A stretch of DNA of 64,000 nucleotides from Pseudomonadota bacterium (GTDB taxonomy: Archaea; Thermoplasmatota; SW-10-69-26; JACQPN01; JAJPHT01). Position numbers and translations under genes: made by a program. Shown in pieces: positions 46,845-56,632 of this stretch. How positions within the stretch are numbered: position 1 is the first letter of the stretch; each line of letters begins with the position of its first letter. The stretch spans positions 33,776-97,775 of the forward strand of contig JAJPHT010000007.1 in the NCBI GenBank assembly GCA_021325135.1, read 5' to 3'. The notes below the pieces were generated by a model, which searched no databases, was not told the DNA's origin, and was given only the letters and a program-made list of their open reading frames with translations.

Positions 46845-47339
46845 GTGGCCTTCTGCGGCGACGGCGGCGCGTGCCTCACGCTTCTTACGCTCCATCTCCT
46901 GGGCGTCGCGGTGTTCCTGGGCGGGCTTCTGCTCGCGCTCTACTGGAAGCTCGCGGCGGACCGCAGCAACGACCCCGCCTTCGCGGCCGCGGTGCACGAG
47001 CGCCTCAGGAAGGCCGACGCGCAGGTCGTGGGCCCCGGCGCGCTGGTCACGTTCGCGGCGGGGTACGCCATGGTGCGCTTCTTCGGGCACCGCATCGCGG
47101 AGACGCCCTTCGCGCTCTGGGGCCTGATCCTCCTCTTCCTCGCGCTGGGGCTGTGGTACTTCGGCATGCGGCGCATCGGCGATCGCCTCCTGGACGAGGC
47201 GCGGGCCTCGCGCGACAACCGGCAGCCGCTCTCCAAGGACTACGCGGCGCGCAGCGTGGCGTGGCTCGCGTGCGCGTTCGGCGCGCTGGGGCTCGTCGCC
47301 CTCACGGCCGTGTTCATGGTGTTCCACTTTCCGGGCTAG
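46845..47339 (+). CDS. DUF2269-like membrane protein
   Basis: LHLLG...FLG N-terminus, four TM helices, MVFHF tail. Confidence 0.7.
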   Translation: MAFCGDGGACLTLLTLHLLGVAVFLGGLLLALYWKLAADRSNDPAFAAAVHERLRKADAQVVGPGALVTFAAGYAMVRFFGHRIAETPFALWGLILLFLALGLWYFGMRRIGDRLLDEARASRDNRQPLSKDYAARSVAWLACAFGALGLVALTAVFMVFHFPG

Positions 47340-47350
47340 TGTCAGTTTCG

Positions 47351-47467
47351 CCGCGCCGCAGCGCGGCTACCCGCGGGGGGTTCAGGGGGCGAGGCCCCCT
47401 GACGTGATATCCCGGCCAGCAGACGCTCAAGACTTCAGGGGGCTTCGCCCCCCGAACCCCCCTCGGG
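47351..47467. repeat. REP-like palindromic dyad, copy 2
   Basis: GGGGTTCAGGGGGCGAGGCCCCCTGACGT...CAGGGGGCTTCGCCCCCCGAACCCC between convergent genes. Confidence 0.85.
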
Positions 47468-47942
47468 CCGCCTTCTCCAGGGCCGCGATGTCGATCTTCC
47501 CCATCTTGAGCATCGCCTTCATGGCGCGCTGCGCGACCTCGGGGTCCTTGTGGCCCAGAAGCTCCGGGAGGCGCGTGGGGATGATCTGCCACGAGAGGCC
47601 GAAGCGGTCGACGAGCCAGCCGCAGCGGCTCTTCTCGCCCCCCTTGGAGAGCGTCTCCCAGAGATGGTCGACCTCCTTCTGCGTCTTGACGGTCACGAAC
47701 ACCGAGAAGGCCGGCGTGAGCTTGAACACGGGGCCGCCGTTGAGGGCGTAGAAGTCCTGCCCTGCGAGGTTGAACTCCACGGACATGGGGCTCGCGCTCA
47801 CGATCTTCGAGTCCTTGAAGAGGGAGACGTAGAAGCGCGCGGCCTCCTCGGCGTCGTCGTCGAACCAGAGGAAGGGCGTGATGCCCTGCACGGCGATCTT
47901 GGCCGGGGCCTTGGCGGCGCGCTTGGCGGTCTTGGCTGCCAT
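47427..47942 (-). CDS. VOC/PhnB-like protein
   Basis: ITPFLWFD..AEEAA.FY, LNGGP, CGWL.DRFG.SWQI. Confidence 0.92.
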   Translation of the reverse strand: MAAKTAKRAAKAPAKIAVQGITPFLWFDDDAEEAARFYVSLFKDSKIVSASPMSVEFNLAGQDFYALNGGPVFKLTPAFSVFVTVKTQKEVDHLWETLSKGGEKSRCGWLVDRFGLSWQIIPTRLPELLGHKDPEVAQRAMKAMLKMGKIDIAALEKAARGGFGGRSPLKS

Positions 47943-47967
47943 GGCCGCGCCATCCCGTCGCGGAGGA

Positions 47968-48708
47968 TCAAGCTTCGGGCCTGAGGTCCACGATCTCGTC
48001 CTCGCCCAGGAGCCGCGCCCGCGGGAACGCCTCCGCGGCGGCCTGCACGTGGTCCGCGGCGGGGACGCCGTGATAGCGATGCGAGAGGAGCAGCGCGCCG
48101 GCCTTCGCGTCGCGGGCGAGCCGGGCCGCCGCGGCGGCGGTGCTGTGGATGCGGTGGTGCGGCTGGTCCGGCGGCAGGTCGGGCAGCAGCGCGTGCATGA
48201 GGAGCGCGTCGCCGGGCCGCACGAGGCGCCGCAGCCCCTCGCAGGGCGCGGTGTCGCTGGCGTACGCCAGCGCGGCGCCCCGCTCCTCCAGCCGCGTCGC
48301 CATGCTGGGCGCCGAGTGCTGCGTGGGGGCGAAGGAGAGGGCGATCCCGCCGACGCGGCCCTCCGAGGCGCCCTCGTGGACGGGCCCCGGGAGGTCGAAG
48401 GCGCCTTCGAAGACGAACGCCTGCGCCATGGCGTCCAGGCGCTTGCGCTCGCCGGCGGGGAGGAAGAGCTGCGTGCGCGCGTCCAGCGCGTCGCGGATCG
48501 TCACGAGGTCCAGCGCGTGGTCGTGGTGGAAGTGCGAGATCACGACGGCGTCGAGGCGCGAGACGCCCGCGCGGACGAGCCCCTCGCGGACGCCCCCGCC
48601 GCAGTCCAGGAGGATGCGCTCGCCGGCCTCGCCTTCCACGAGGTAGCCCGACCCGCCCGAGAGGGGGGCGAGGTAGCGGCCGGGGTTGCCCAGGACGCGG
48701 AGGCGCAC
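47968..48708 (-). CDS. MBL-fold hydrolase (RNase Z-like)
   Basis: LDCG, SHFHHDH, SDT, LSH. Confidence 0.88.
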   Translation of the reverse strand: MRLRVLGNPGRYLAPLSGGSGYLVEGEAGERILLDCGGGVREGLVRAGVSRLDAVVISHFHHDHALDLVTIRDALDARTQLFLPAGERKRLDAMAQAFVFEGAFDLPGPVHEGASEGRVGGIALSFAPTQHSAPSMATRLEERGAALAYASDTAPCEGLRRLVRPGDALLMHALLPDLPPDQPHHRIHSTAAAAARLARDAKAGALLLSHRYHGVPAADHVQAAAEAFPRARLLGEDEIVDLRPEA

Positions 48709-48746
48709 GCTCCCCCAGCCGCCCTCCGCGCGAAATCCCTTTGCCC

Positions 48747-49778
48747 ATGGACCCGCTGGCCCCGTCGTCCATGCGCCTCATGGTCGAGCTTTCGGCCGAG
48801 CACCCCACGCTGCCGGCAGCGGAGCTTGCCGCCCTGGCCGCCATGGTGGAGGGGCGCCTGGAGGAGCGCGACGGCTCCGTGGCGCTGGTAGACGTGCCCG
48901 ACCTCGCGGAGGCGGCCCGCTTCATCGGCTCGCGCGCAGCGCTGACGCACACGCTGAGCGCCCACTGGTGGACGACCGCCGCGACGCCGCGCGTCATGGT
49001 GCCCCCCTTCGGCCGCATCGACCTCAAAGGGCAGACCTTCGCCGTGCGCGCGCGGCGCCTTGAGGGCCACCACCCCGAGGTCCCGCTTTCGGACACCGTG
49101 CGCGCCATCGGCGCGATCCTCGCAGCCTCCGGCAAGGTGGACCTGGAGCGCCCGCAGGTGGACGTCCGGCTGCTGCTCTCCGAGGAGGCGCATGCGGGCG
49201 CGCTGCTGCGCGAGGTGGACCGCAAGGCGCTGGAGGGGCGGCACGTGAAGCACCGCGCGCACTTCGCGCCCGTCTCGCTCCACCCGCGCTGGGCGCGCTG
49301 CCTCGTGAACCTCGCGCGGGTGAAGGCCGGCGAGCGCGTCGCGGACCCGTTCTGCGGCACGGGCGGCCTTCTCATCGAGGCGGGCCTCGTGGGCGCGAAG
49401 GTCTTCGGCAGCGACCTCGACCCGCGCATGGTGGCCGGCACCCGCGCGACGCTGGAGAAGTTCGGCGTCGAGGGCGCCGTGGTGGACACGCGCGACGTGG
49501 GCGAGCTTCCCGAGTTCGCGGGGCCCCTGGACGTGGTCCTCAGCGACCCGCCCTACGGGCAGAGCAGCACCACCAACATGGAGGAGCGCACCGCGCTCTA
49601 CGAGCGCTTCTTCCACGCCGCCAAGGAGGCGCTTCGCCCCGGCGGCCGGCTCGCGCTGATCTCGCCCTCGGCGGACCTCCGCGAGCGCGCGGGCCGGCAC
49701 TTCGCCCTCGTGGAGGCGCACGACCAGCGCGTCCACCGCAGCATGACGCGGCACTACGGGCTCTTCCGGAAGGAGTGA
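48747..49778 (+). CDS. tRNA m2G10 methyltransferase (Trm-G10/Trm11)
   Basis: THUMP-like region, DPFCGTGG, DPPYG, VHRSMTR. Confidence 0.88.
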   Translation: MDPLAPSSMRLMVELSAEHPTLPAAELAALAAMVEGRLEERDGSVALVDVPDLAEAARFIGSRAALTHTLSAHWWTTAATPRVMVPPFGRIDLKGQTFAVRARRLEGHHPEVPLSDTVRAIGAILAASGKVDLERPQVDVRLLLSEEAHAGALLREVDRKALEGRHVKHRAHFAPVSLHPRWARCLVNLARVKAGERVADPFCGTGGLLIEAGLVGAKVFGSDLDPRMVAGTRATLEKFGVEGAVVDTRDVGELPEFAGPLDVVLSDPPYGQSSTTNMEERTALYERFFHAAKEALRPGGRLALISPSADLRERAGRHFALVEAHDQRVHRSMTRHYGLFRKE

Positions 49779-49808
49779 CGGGGCGGCCCTGTCTGGGGGC
49801 CCAGCCGG

Positions 49809-50714
49809 TCACAGCCGGACCCGGCTGTTGTTGCCCAGGTAGCCAAGCCCCGCGTGCAGCTTCCCGGGGAAGACGGCCTGCGCCTCGCGCAGCGCGGTGA
49901 CCGCCTCGGCGGGCGGGAGCGCCTTCCCTTCGCCATAGCGCGCCACGCGCCCGTCCCACGCGTACCGGCTCCAGTCCACGGGGCGCGTCACGAGCGGCCG
50001 CAGCAGCATCTCCAGCGCGCGGGGGCCTTCCAGGGACACTCGCAGGGGCTGTTCCTCGGCGCCCGACCTGCGCAGAAGCGCGCGCGCTTCGGGTCCGATG
50101 GTGCGCGACCGGGAGCGCCCCTGCGAGTCCAGCGGCTCCCCGAAGAGCTTGCCCAGCGCAGCCTGCCACCGGGCCGGGAGATCGGACGCCAGCGGCGTGG
50201 GCGGGAGGACCTTCAACTTGCCCGCGTCGTGCACCGCGTCGAGGAGGATGACGTGCAGCCGGGGGCGCCACGCCGGCCACGGCCGGTCCTTGGCGGAGCC
50301 CACGAGATCCCAGATGCGCACCGCGCCCAGGGAGGACCACGCCTTCCGCACGGGCGTGCCCGGAAGCGCGGCCTTCGCCACGATGGCCTGCGCGGCGCCC
50401 AGCGGGCCTTTCCACCACGAGGCAAGCCCCTTGGCGTCCTGCGCCTGGGCAAGCTGCCAGAGCTGGTCCTTCGACGCGCTGGCCGGCAGATCGAACGCGA
50501 AATGGTGGACGCGGAAGTCCACCGCCGCGAGCACCTCCTCAAGGCGCTTCTGCCACTCGTAGGCGCGCGACTCGCCCTCGACGCGCGTGCACGGCGGGCA
50601 CCACCCCTCGCGCTCGCACGGGAATTTCCCGCCCGCCCCGCGACGCGCGCAGGCTCCCAGGGCGAACGCCGTCGCCCCCAGGTGGTCCTCGATGGCCTCC
50701 AGGCCGCGCTGCAT
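49809..50714 (-). CDS. Degenerate IS91-like (HUH/Y2) transposase-fold protein
   Basis: C....CPPC, HFAFDLP, WRPRLHVIL, GYLGN appear in IS91 motif order; catalytic residues altered. Confidence 0.6.
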   Translation of the reverse strand: MQRGLEAIEDHLGATAFALGACARRGAGGKFPCEREGWCPPCTRVEGESRAYEWQKRLEEVLAAVDFRVHHFAFDLPASASKDQLWQLAQAQDAKGLASWWKGPLGAAQAIVAKAALPGTPVRKAWSSLGAVRIWDLVGSAKDRPWPAWRPRLHVILLDAVHDAGKLKVLPPTPLASDLPARWQAALGKLFGEPLDSQGRSRSRTIGPEARALLRRSGAEEQPLRVSLEGPRALEMLLRPLVTRPVDWSRYAWDGRVARYGEGKALPPAEAVTALREAQAVFPGKLHAGLGYLGNNSRVRL

Positions 50715-50855
50715 TCAAAACCCGACACTAATCCCTTACATAATAACCTAGTCTTCCCTAGGGATTGTCCGTTAGGTCTGTTGGAAGGGGATGGGGTCGG
50801 CGCGCGAACGCACGGCGCGGAAATGATATCGTGTTTGCGCGCGCCACCACCGTCG

Positions 50856-51245
50856 ATGTCGCCCGACGACCTCTCCCGACCGCGCGTCGTCCTCTTCGTC
50901 ATGACGGCCGCCGACTACGTTTCCCTCGTGGCGTTGCACCCGGAGCCTTGGCGCTCCAGTTTTGCCCCCAGGTGGGATGCCGCCTTCTCCTTCACGTCCA
51001 CCGGCTTCTGGTTCGCCAAGTCCCCCGGACGCACGGTCGGGTACGACCCCTTCACGGACGTGCGGCTCGAGGGCGGGCCCCTCGCCGCTGCGTGCGCGGA
51101 GGGGCGCCGCCTGAGCCCCTCCGGAGGGCGCCTCTACGTGGACCGCACGGGAGTCTTCCTCGCCGACGGCGGGTTCCGCCGCGTCGTGACATTCATCCTG
51201 ACTGGACCCGGCGCGGAGCCCTCCGAGGACGCGGGGATCGCGTAG
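50856..51245 (+). CDS. Hypothetical protein
   Basis: Protein-like composition; divergent from the IS91-like gene across an AT-rich spacer. Confidence 0.6.
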   Translation: MSPDDLSRPRVVLFVMTAADYVSLVALHPEPWRSSFAPRWDAAFSFTSTGFWFAKSPGRTVGYDPFTDVRLEGGPLAAACAEGRRLSPSGGRLYVDRTGVFLADGGFRRVVTFILTGPGAEPSEDAGIA

Positions 51246-51247
51246 GC

Positions 51248-52507
51248 CTACTCCGAGCCGAACTCCCTCAGCGTCCTCTGCACGCGCGCCTCCCGCGGCA
51301 GCGCGGCAATCCTCAGCCACTCCCTGTCCCGCGAGCGGCGCAGCATGTGGCGCACGGCGCTTTCCACGTCGCCGAAGACGAGCCCCTTCGACTCCATGGC
51401 GGCCTTCACGGCCTCGCGGATGACCCACACGCCCAGGGGCGCCCAGTATTCGTCGGTGATCTCGCGGTGGACGAAGACGGCGGCCTGCTTGCGGACGCGG
51501 CGCAGGTGCTCCAGCACGGGAAGGCGCGCCGCGTAGTAGCCGCCCGCGATGTTGTCCGCGTAGGCGGTGCGGCCGCGATGTCCTTCCGCGTCGTGGCCCA
51601 TGCCCCAGCGGCCGTCCTCCCCCTGCCAGGCCTCGATCATCTCGTAGCTCCACGGCCGCGGCAGCAGGAGGATCTGGAAGTAGTTCCCGAACAGGTCGCC
51701 CGAGTGGACGACGGGCGCATCGAGGATGCCCAGCTCCTTGACCTCCTCGATCATCTGCTTGGCGAGGATGTCGTCCGTCGCCGTGATGCTCCAGCGCGTG
51801 GGGACGAGGCGGCGGCGCGTGCCTTCGCCCAGGAGGCCCACCGAGAGGAGGCGCTGGACGTGGTGCGTCGGGATGCCCGCCCCATAGAGCTCGCCCACGG
51901 CAGTCGCGGCGTCGGCGTGCACGTCCGAGACGAGGGCGTCCACCTTGCGCGGGACGCTGGGGTTCGACAGCACGCGGGCGTCCACGACGTCGACGCTGGG
52001 CCCCATGGGCGCGGCGAATGCATCCACCTGGGCGTCGGGCGCCACGCGCAGCGGCTTCTTGAGCGTGACCTCGGCGTCGACGGGGCGCGCGGCCATGGCC
52101 AGCTCGCGCGAGGCGTCCAGCGCGCGGCTCGCGGCCGCGACGTCCACGCGCACGGGGCTCTTGCTGCGGTAGAGCCGCGCGCGCAGGGCGAGGATCGTCG
52201 CGATGTCGAGCCCTTTCCACTCCGAGGGCGAGTCCGAGAGGACGGGCGCGGACTCGGGCGTCGCGGGAAGGAGCGGCCCCATGGCCACCTCGGGGTAGCC
52301 GTGCCGCCCCACGAACACGCTGGGCGGCGAGGGGCCGTGAAGCTCCAGCCCCTTGACCTTGGGCGCCGCGAAGCCCAGCACCTTCTCCACGAGCGGGCAG
52401 CCGGGCACGCTGCACAGCGGCGCGCTGCCGCGCATCGCCTCGCGCGAGGCGCCCTGCCTCAGCGTGAGGAGGGTGCGACCGCACTTCGCGCACGGCTCGT
52501 GGAGCAC
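51248..52507 (-). CDS. nreA: Nre family DNA repair protein
   Basis: SPPSVFVGR.GYP, LVPTRWSITATDD, GGYYAARL, LGVWVIRE, C-terminal PIP box QRTLREF. Confidence 0.93.
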   Translation of the reverse strand: MLHEPCAKCGRTLLTLRQGASREAMRGSAPLCSVPGCPLVEKVLGFAAPKVKGLELHGPSPPSVFVGRHGYPEVAMGPLLPATPESAPVLSDSPSEWKGLDIATILALRARLYRSKSPVRVDVAAASRALDASRELAMAARPVDAEVTLKKPLRVAPDAQVDAFAAPMGPSVDVVDARVLSNPSVPRKVDALVSDVHADAATAVGELYGAGIPTHHVQRLLSVGLLGEGTRRRLVPTRWSITATDDILAKQMIEEVKELGILDAPVVHSGDLFGNYFQILLLPRPWSYEMIEAWQGEDGRWGMGHDAEGHRGRTAYADNIAGGYYAARLPVLEHLRRVRKQAAVFVHREITDEYWAPLGVWVIREAVKAAMESKGLVFGDVESAVRHMLRRSRDREWLRIAALPREARVQRTLREFGSE

Positions 52508-52538
52508 GGGGTGCTAGAGGGTCGCCCTCCGGAAGAGC

Positions 52539-52940
52539 CTATGCCGCCCGGCGGATCACGATGGCGTCGCCCTGCCGGCCGACCTCCACCTCGTCCCCCG
52601 CGACGGCGCCGCCCAGCGCCTCGGCCAAGAGCGTGGGGTCCAGCGTGACGACGGTGGAGGTGCCGCTGCGCTGGAGCTTGCGCCTCCGGGGGCCCTCGAT
52701 GCCGTAGAGGCCCAGGCGGCGCGCGACCTGCTGCGCGTCGGCCACCTGCTCGGCGGCGAGGTCCTCCTCGCCGCAGGCGGGGCAGCGCCACCCCTTGACG
52801 GGCAGCTTGCCCGCGGGGAAGTGCAGGTCGAGGATCGCGCGCTCCATGGGGGCGGCGGGCTGGTGGCGCCTGCAGGTGGGCTCAAAGGCTCCGCGTGGCG
52901 CTGACGGTCTTGACGTGGATATGGTCCTCATGCTCCTCAT
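52539..52940 (-). CDS. Antitoxin: YgiT-type Zn finger fused to AbrB-like domain (start uncertain)
   Basis: WRCPACGE; RKLQRSGTS.VVTL...GDEVEV. Confidence 0.75.
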   Translation of the reverse strand: MRSMRTISTSRPSAPRGAFEPTCRRHQPAAPMERAILDLHFPAGKLPVKGWRCPACGEEDLAAEQVADAQQVARRLGLYGIEGPRRRKLQRSGTSTVVTLDPTLLAEALGGAVAGDEVEVGRQGDAIVIRRAA

Positions 52941-53121
52941 ACCGGACGATCACGACGCGGCGTCCGGACCGCTTGCGCGCCCCCGCAAGGGCGCCATCCT
53001 GCTCGGGCTCGTCCAGGGCGCGGAGCACCTCGTCCACCTCGATGGGCGGGCGCTCGCACGCCATGGCCTGGACGGCGTGCTTGGTGAAGAGGACGGGCTT
53101 CCCGCGGGCGGTCAGCCACAT
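52882..53121 (-). CDS. DUF4258/RelE-like toxin
   Basis: FTKHAVQAM...EV..AL..P...I.V.TV. Confidence 0.72.
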   Translation of the reverse strand: MWLTARGKPVLFTKHAVQAMACERPPIEVDEVLRALDEPEQDGALAGARKRSGRRVVIVRYEEHEDHIHVKTVSATRSL

Positions 53122-53237
53122 CGCTCACACCATCCATGTGTCATCCTGATTGCATAAGGGTTTCGTCGGCGGCTCAAGGTTCACCGCCAGCCGGAGAGGC
53201 GGAGGACGTTTTCATCCCTCTCCGGGAATCACGCCAC

Positions 53238-53930
53238 GTGGAGTTCCCGCCGGGGACGTTCGAGGCGCGCTTCCTGCGGCGGCCCAACCGTTACCTCACC
53301 TTCTGCGAGGCGCCCGACGGGACCGAGCTTCGCTGCTTCTGCCCCGACCCGGGGCGCCTCACGGAGTTCGTGACGCCCGGTCGCCGCGTTCTCGTGGCCC
53401 CCGCCCCGGCCGACGCGGAGGGGCGCCGCACGACGCACACGCAGGTCGCGTTCCATCACGGGGGCGAGTGGGTGAGCATCCTCACGGCGAAGGCCAACGT
53501 CCTGGCGCGCGAGGCCTCGCAGCGCGGGCTCCTCCCGGAGCTGCCCCCGTCCGAGGGGTGGCGCGCCGAGGTGAGGCACGGCGAGAGCCGCCTCGACTTC
53601 CTCGCGGGCGAGACGCTGGTGGAGGTCAAGTCCGTGACCCTCGTCGTGGAGGGCGAGGCGCGATTCCCCGACGCGCCCACGCTGCGCGGCGCGCGGCACG
53701 TCCGCGGGCTGGCGGCCCACGCCCGCGACGGGGGCCGCGCCATGCTCCTCTTCGTCCAGCAGCGGGAGGCCGGGCGGCTCGTGCGGGCGAACGCGGCCAC
53801 CGACCCCGACTTCGCCGCCGCGCTGCGCGACGCGGCGGGGGCCGGGGTCGCCTTGGCGGCCGTCGCCTGCCGGGTCGACGCGGGGGGTGTCGTTCCGGTG
53901 AGACGCGTTCCGGTCGCGGTGGATCGTTGA
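53238..53930 (+). CDS. sfsA: DNA/RNA nuclease SfsA
   Basis: RPNRY, SRLDF, VEVKSVTL, FPDAPT.RG.RH, DP.FA. Confidence 0.92.
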   Translation: MEFPPGTFEARFLRRPNRYLTFCEAPDGTELRCFCPDPGRLTEFVTPGRRVLVAPAPADAEGRRTTHTQVAFHHGGEWVSILTAKANVLAREASQRGLLPELPPSEGWRAEVRHGESRLDFLAGETLVEVKSVTLVVEGEARFPDAPTLRGARHVRGLAAHARDGGRAMLLFVQQREAGRLVRANAATDPDFAAALRDAAGAGVALAAVACRVDAGGVVPVRRVPVAVDR

Positions 53931-53987
53931 GGTCTGTCGAAGGACCTCTCCACAATCCTCAAGAGCGGCCCCCCGGGATGGGAAGGC

Positions 53988-55178
53988 GTGGCCGTCCGCC
54001 GCTTCGCCGCCTGGGCCGTGCTGGCCCTCGTCGTCCCCGCCTTCGCGGGCTGCGCCTCCAAGGACGCGCCCGCGGCCACCGGGCCCGACGTCAGCGGCGG
54101 CACCGTGGGCGGCAGCGCGCCCACCGGCTCCTCGGCCACCGCCGCGCCCGCGCCGCAGCCGGCCCCCATCAGCGGGACGAGCGCGCGCTGGCACTTCCAC
54201 GACTACTGGCACGGCAACCCCACCATCGTCCTCTTCGACGCGCACGTGAACCTCTCGGCCGGCGCCGGCGGCCTCTCCGCCCTCGTCGACCTGCCCCAGG
54301 GCGTCATCGTGCCCCCGGAGACGGGCTTCCTCCTGGTGAACGTCTCGTGGCCCGCCTCGCCCGCGGGCTCCACGGCGGGGCTGGTCAACGTGACGTACCG
54401 CCCCGCGGACTCCAACGACTTCTTCCCCATCAAGGACGCCGCGAACGGCAAGGCCATCGTGATCCCCACCACCGAGAGCATGTGCGATGTGCCCCACCGG
54501 CAGAAGTCGCTCTGGGCGTTCAACCTCACCGCCGCCCCCTCCAGCGACGTGCCCCCGGGCCTTCCCGGCACCGAGCTGCACGTCGTCGTGAGCGCCACCA
54601 TCGGGCGCCCCCTCTTCATCGACCCGCCGCACTTCAACTGGTGGAGCGGCAGCGACGTGCTCGACCTCGTGAAGACGACGCAGGGCGCCATCGCGACCGC
54701 GGGCACGCCCCAGGGCAACGCCACGCTGCCGGACGCGTCGGGCCTCCTCGCGGGCGGCGCGCCGCCCAGCCCCGACCGCGTCTCCTCCACGGCGGCCTCC
54801 GCGAACCGCTCCGTCACCGTCCCCGCCACCGCGGGGCGCATCGTGCCCGAAGGCGCCACCAACGTCGTCGCGGTCCTCAACTGGTCGCCCGACGAGCCCA
54901 CGATGCCCCGGCTCAAGCTCACCTACGAGGAGCAGAACTACCCCTCCTCGGGCGCGCTCCAGACCGCCGTCGACGGCGCCACGAGCCGCGTGTTCATCCT
55001 GCCCGTGCAGCCGGGCCAGACGGACACCACCTACTCCAACCGCACGACGTGGCAGTTCCACGTGGTGCCCGAAGGGGACAGCGCGGCCGCGTTCAAGGGG
55101 GGCTTCACCCTGACCGTGTGGGTCACGCGCCTGCCCTACGCCGACGCCGTGAAGATGGCGCAGGGCGGCAAGGCGTAA
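53988..55178 (+). CDS. Lipoprotein, paralogue A
   Basis: FAGC lipobox; HFHDYW, D.PH...SLW.F. Confidence 0.8.
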   Translation: MAVRRFAAWAVLALVVPAFAGCASKDAPAATGPDVSGGTVGGSAPTGSSATAAPAPQPAPISGTSARWHFHDYWHGNPTIVLFDAHVNLSAGAGGLSALVDLPQGVIVPPETGFLLVNVSWPASPAGSTAGLVNVTYRPADSNDFFPIKDAANGKAIVIPTTESMCDVPHRQKSLWAFNLTAAPSSDVPPGLPGTELHVVVSATIGRPLFIDPPHFNWWSGSDVLDLVKTTQGAIATAGTPQGNATLPDASGLLAGGAPPSPDRVSSTAASANRSVTVPATAGRIVPEGATNVVAVLNWSPDEPTMPRLKLTYEEQNYPSSGALQTAVDGATSRVFILPVQPGQTDTTYSNRTTWQFHVVPEGDSAAAFKGGFTLTVWVTRLPYADAVKMAQGGKA

Positions 55179-55301
55179 GGATTGCCTCCTTCTCGCGCTT
55201 CACGATGCAACCCGCACCAACGAACCAAGGGTAAGATCGTGGGTCGTTGGTTCGGGTTGCATCGAGGAGCGGGACCGGAGCGACAAACCCTCGGGAGCCC
55301 C

Positions 55302-56498
55302 TCACATCACCATGCCGGCCGCGTCCTTGGTGTGCATTGCGATCACGGTCAGGTCGTATTCGATGTCGTAGCTGAAGCACCCGGGGCAGAGGCCGTTCGC
55401 GACGGGGTTGTCCGGAAGCTCGGCGTACGTCGCCATGACGCGGAAGCCCCACCGGCTCGCGGGCTGGTAGGGGCTGTCCATGCCGGCGCCATCCACGGGC
55501 ACCTCGAACTCGTAGTGCTTCAGGTCGTTCTTCTTGTCCTTGTCCCCGTAGCGGTCGCCGAACTCCACCTCGGGGCCGATGATGGTCGCGTTGTGGACCT
55601 CCAGGAAGAAGCCCGTGGGCGACTGGCCCGTCTGCGTCACGGCGCTGCTGACGTTGACGATGACCAGGAGCTTGCCCGTGCCGTAGCTGATGAGCTTGTC
55701 CGGCGAGGCCCACGTGCCGCCCTGGTCGTAGAGCTCCGCCTCGGCAGCGCCCGACATGTGCGTCTTCACGTGCTTGTTCTGCGCGACGACGCGCACGTCC
55801 GAGTCCGCGTAGAAGTCGGGGTGGCCAGGCCAGTTGACGACCTCGCGCCCCTTGTGCGTGACGATGGTGAGGTTGACGCTGCTCAGGCTGGGGTTGTCCG
55901 TCGTGACGCGGAACACCCAGAGCGAGAGCACGCTGTGGGGCATGTCCGTCTCCTTGGGCTGGACGGGGATCTTGGTGGGCGACCCGAAGGCGAGGTCGCC
56001 CGCATCGCGCCACGAGGAGTCGGCGGCGCTGCGGTACTCCAGGTGGAGCTTGGGTGGCGCGGCGTCCGGCGCGCAGGGGAGCGTGGGGTCGAGGCACGCC
56101 TGGCCCTGCTTCGCGTTGAGCGTCACGAGGTCGGAGCCTTCGAAGACGAACGACGTGTTGGGGAGCTTCACGTAGGCGACGCTCTTGGGCTGCGAGCCCT
56201 GCCCGTCGGGGAAGAGCGGCGTGGGGAAGAACGAGACGTCGCCCGAGAAGATCGTCACGGACTCGGCCCCCTTCCAGTAGTCGTGCTTGTGCTGCTGGCC
56301 GCCGGTGCCATTCTCGGTCTTGTTGGTCTCCAGGTTGCCCAGCGACTCGCCGCGCCCGTCGGGAAGGACCGCGGTCTGGTTCGTGGTGTTGTTGGCGGCG
56401 TTGAGCGCGGCGGGCTTCACGCCCTTGTCCTTGGGTCCGATGCATCCGGACAGAAGGACGAGCGTGGCAAGGACGACGACCGCGGCGCGGGCGACCAT
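55302..56498 (-). CDS. Lipoprotein, paralogue B
   Basis: LSGC lipobox; HKHDYW, D.PH...SLW.F. Confidence 0.8.
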   Translation of the reverse strand: MVARAAVVVLATLVLLSGCIGPKDKGVKPAALNAANNTTNQTAVLPDGRGESLGNLETNKTENGTGGQQHKHDYWKGAESVTIFSGDVSFFPTPLFPDGQGSQPKSVAYVKLPNTSFVFEGSDLVTLNAKQGQACLDPTLPCAPDAAPPKLHLEYRSAADSSWRDAGDLAFGSPTKIPVQPKETDMPHSVLSLWVFRVTTDNPSLSSVNLTIVTHKGREVVNWPGHPDFYADSDVRVVAQNKHVKTHMSGAAEAELYDQGGTWASPDKLISYGTGKLLVIVNVSSAVTQTGQSPTGFFLEVHNATIIGPEVEFGDRYGDKDKKNDLKHYEFEVPVDGAGMDSPYQPASRWGFRVMATYAELPDNPVANGLCPGCFSYDIEYDLTVIAMHTKDAAGMVM

Positions 56499-56632
56499 GG
56501 GCGCCGCACGGCGGGGAAGCCCTCTTCAGCTTTGTTGGGGTGGTCTCTTCAGTTCGTGGCTCGGGATTGGACATGTCCGGGGGCGTCGGCCCCGTGCGAA
56601 AGCCCCAAGGGGACGCTGGCGTCTGCCTCCGC

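Noticed and set aside
50725-50765. dif-like Xer site
   Set aside because: CATAA left-half resemblance only, with no TTAT right half; better explained as a divergent promoter.
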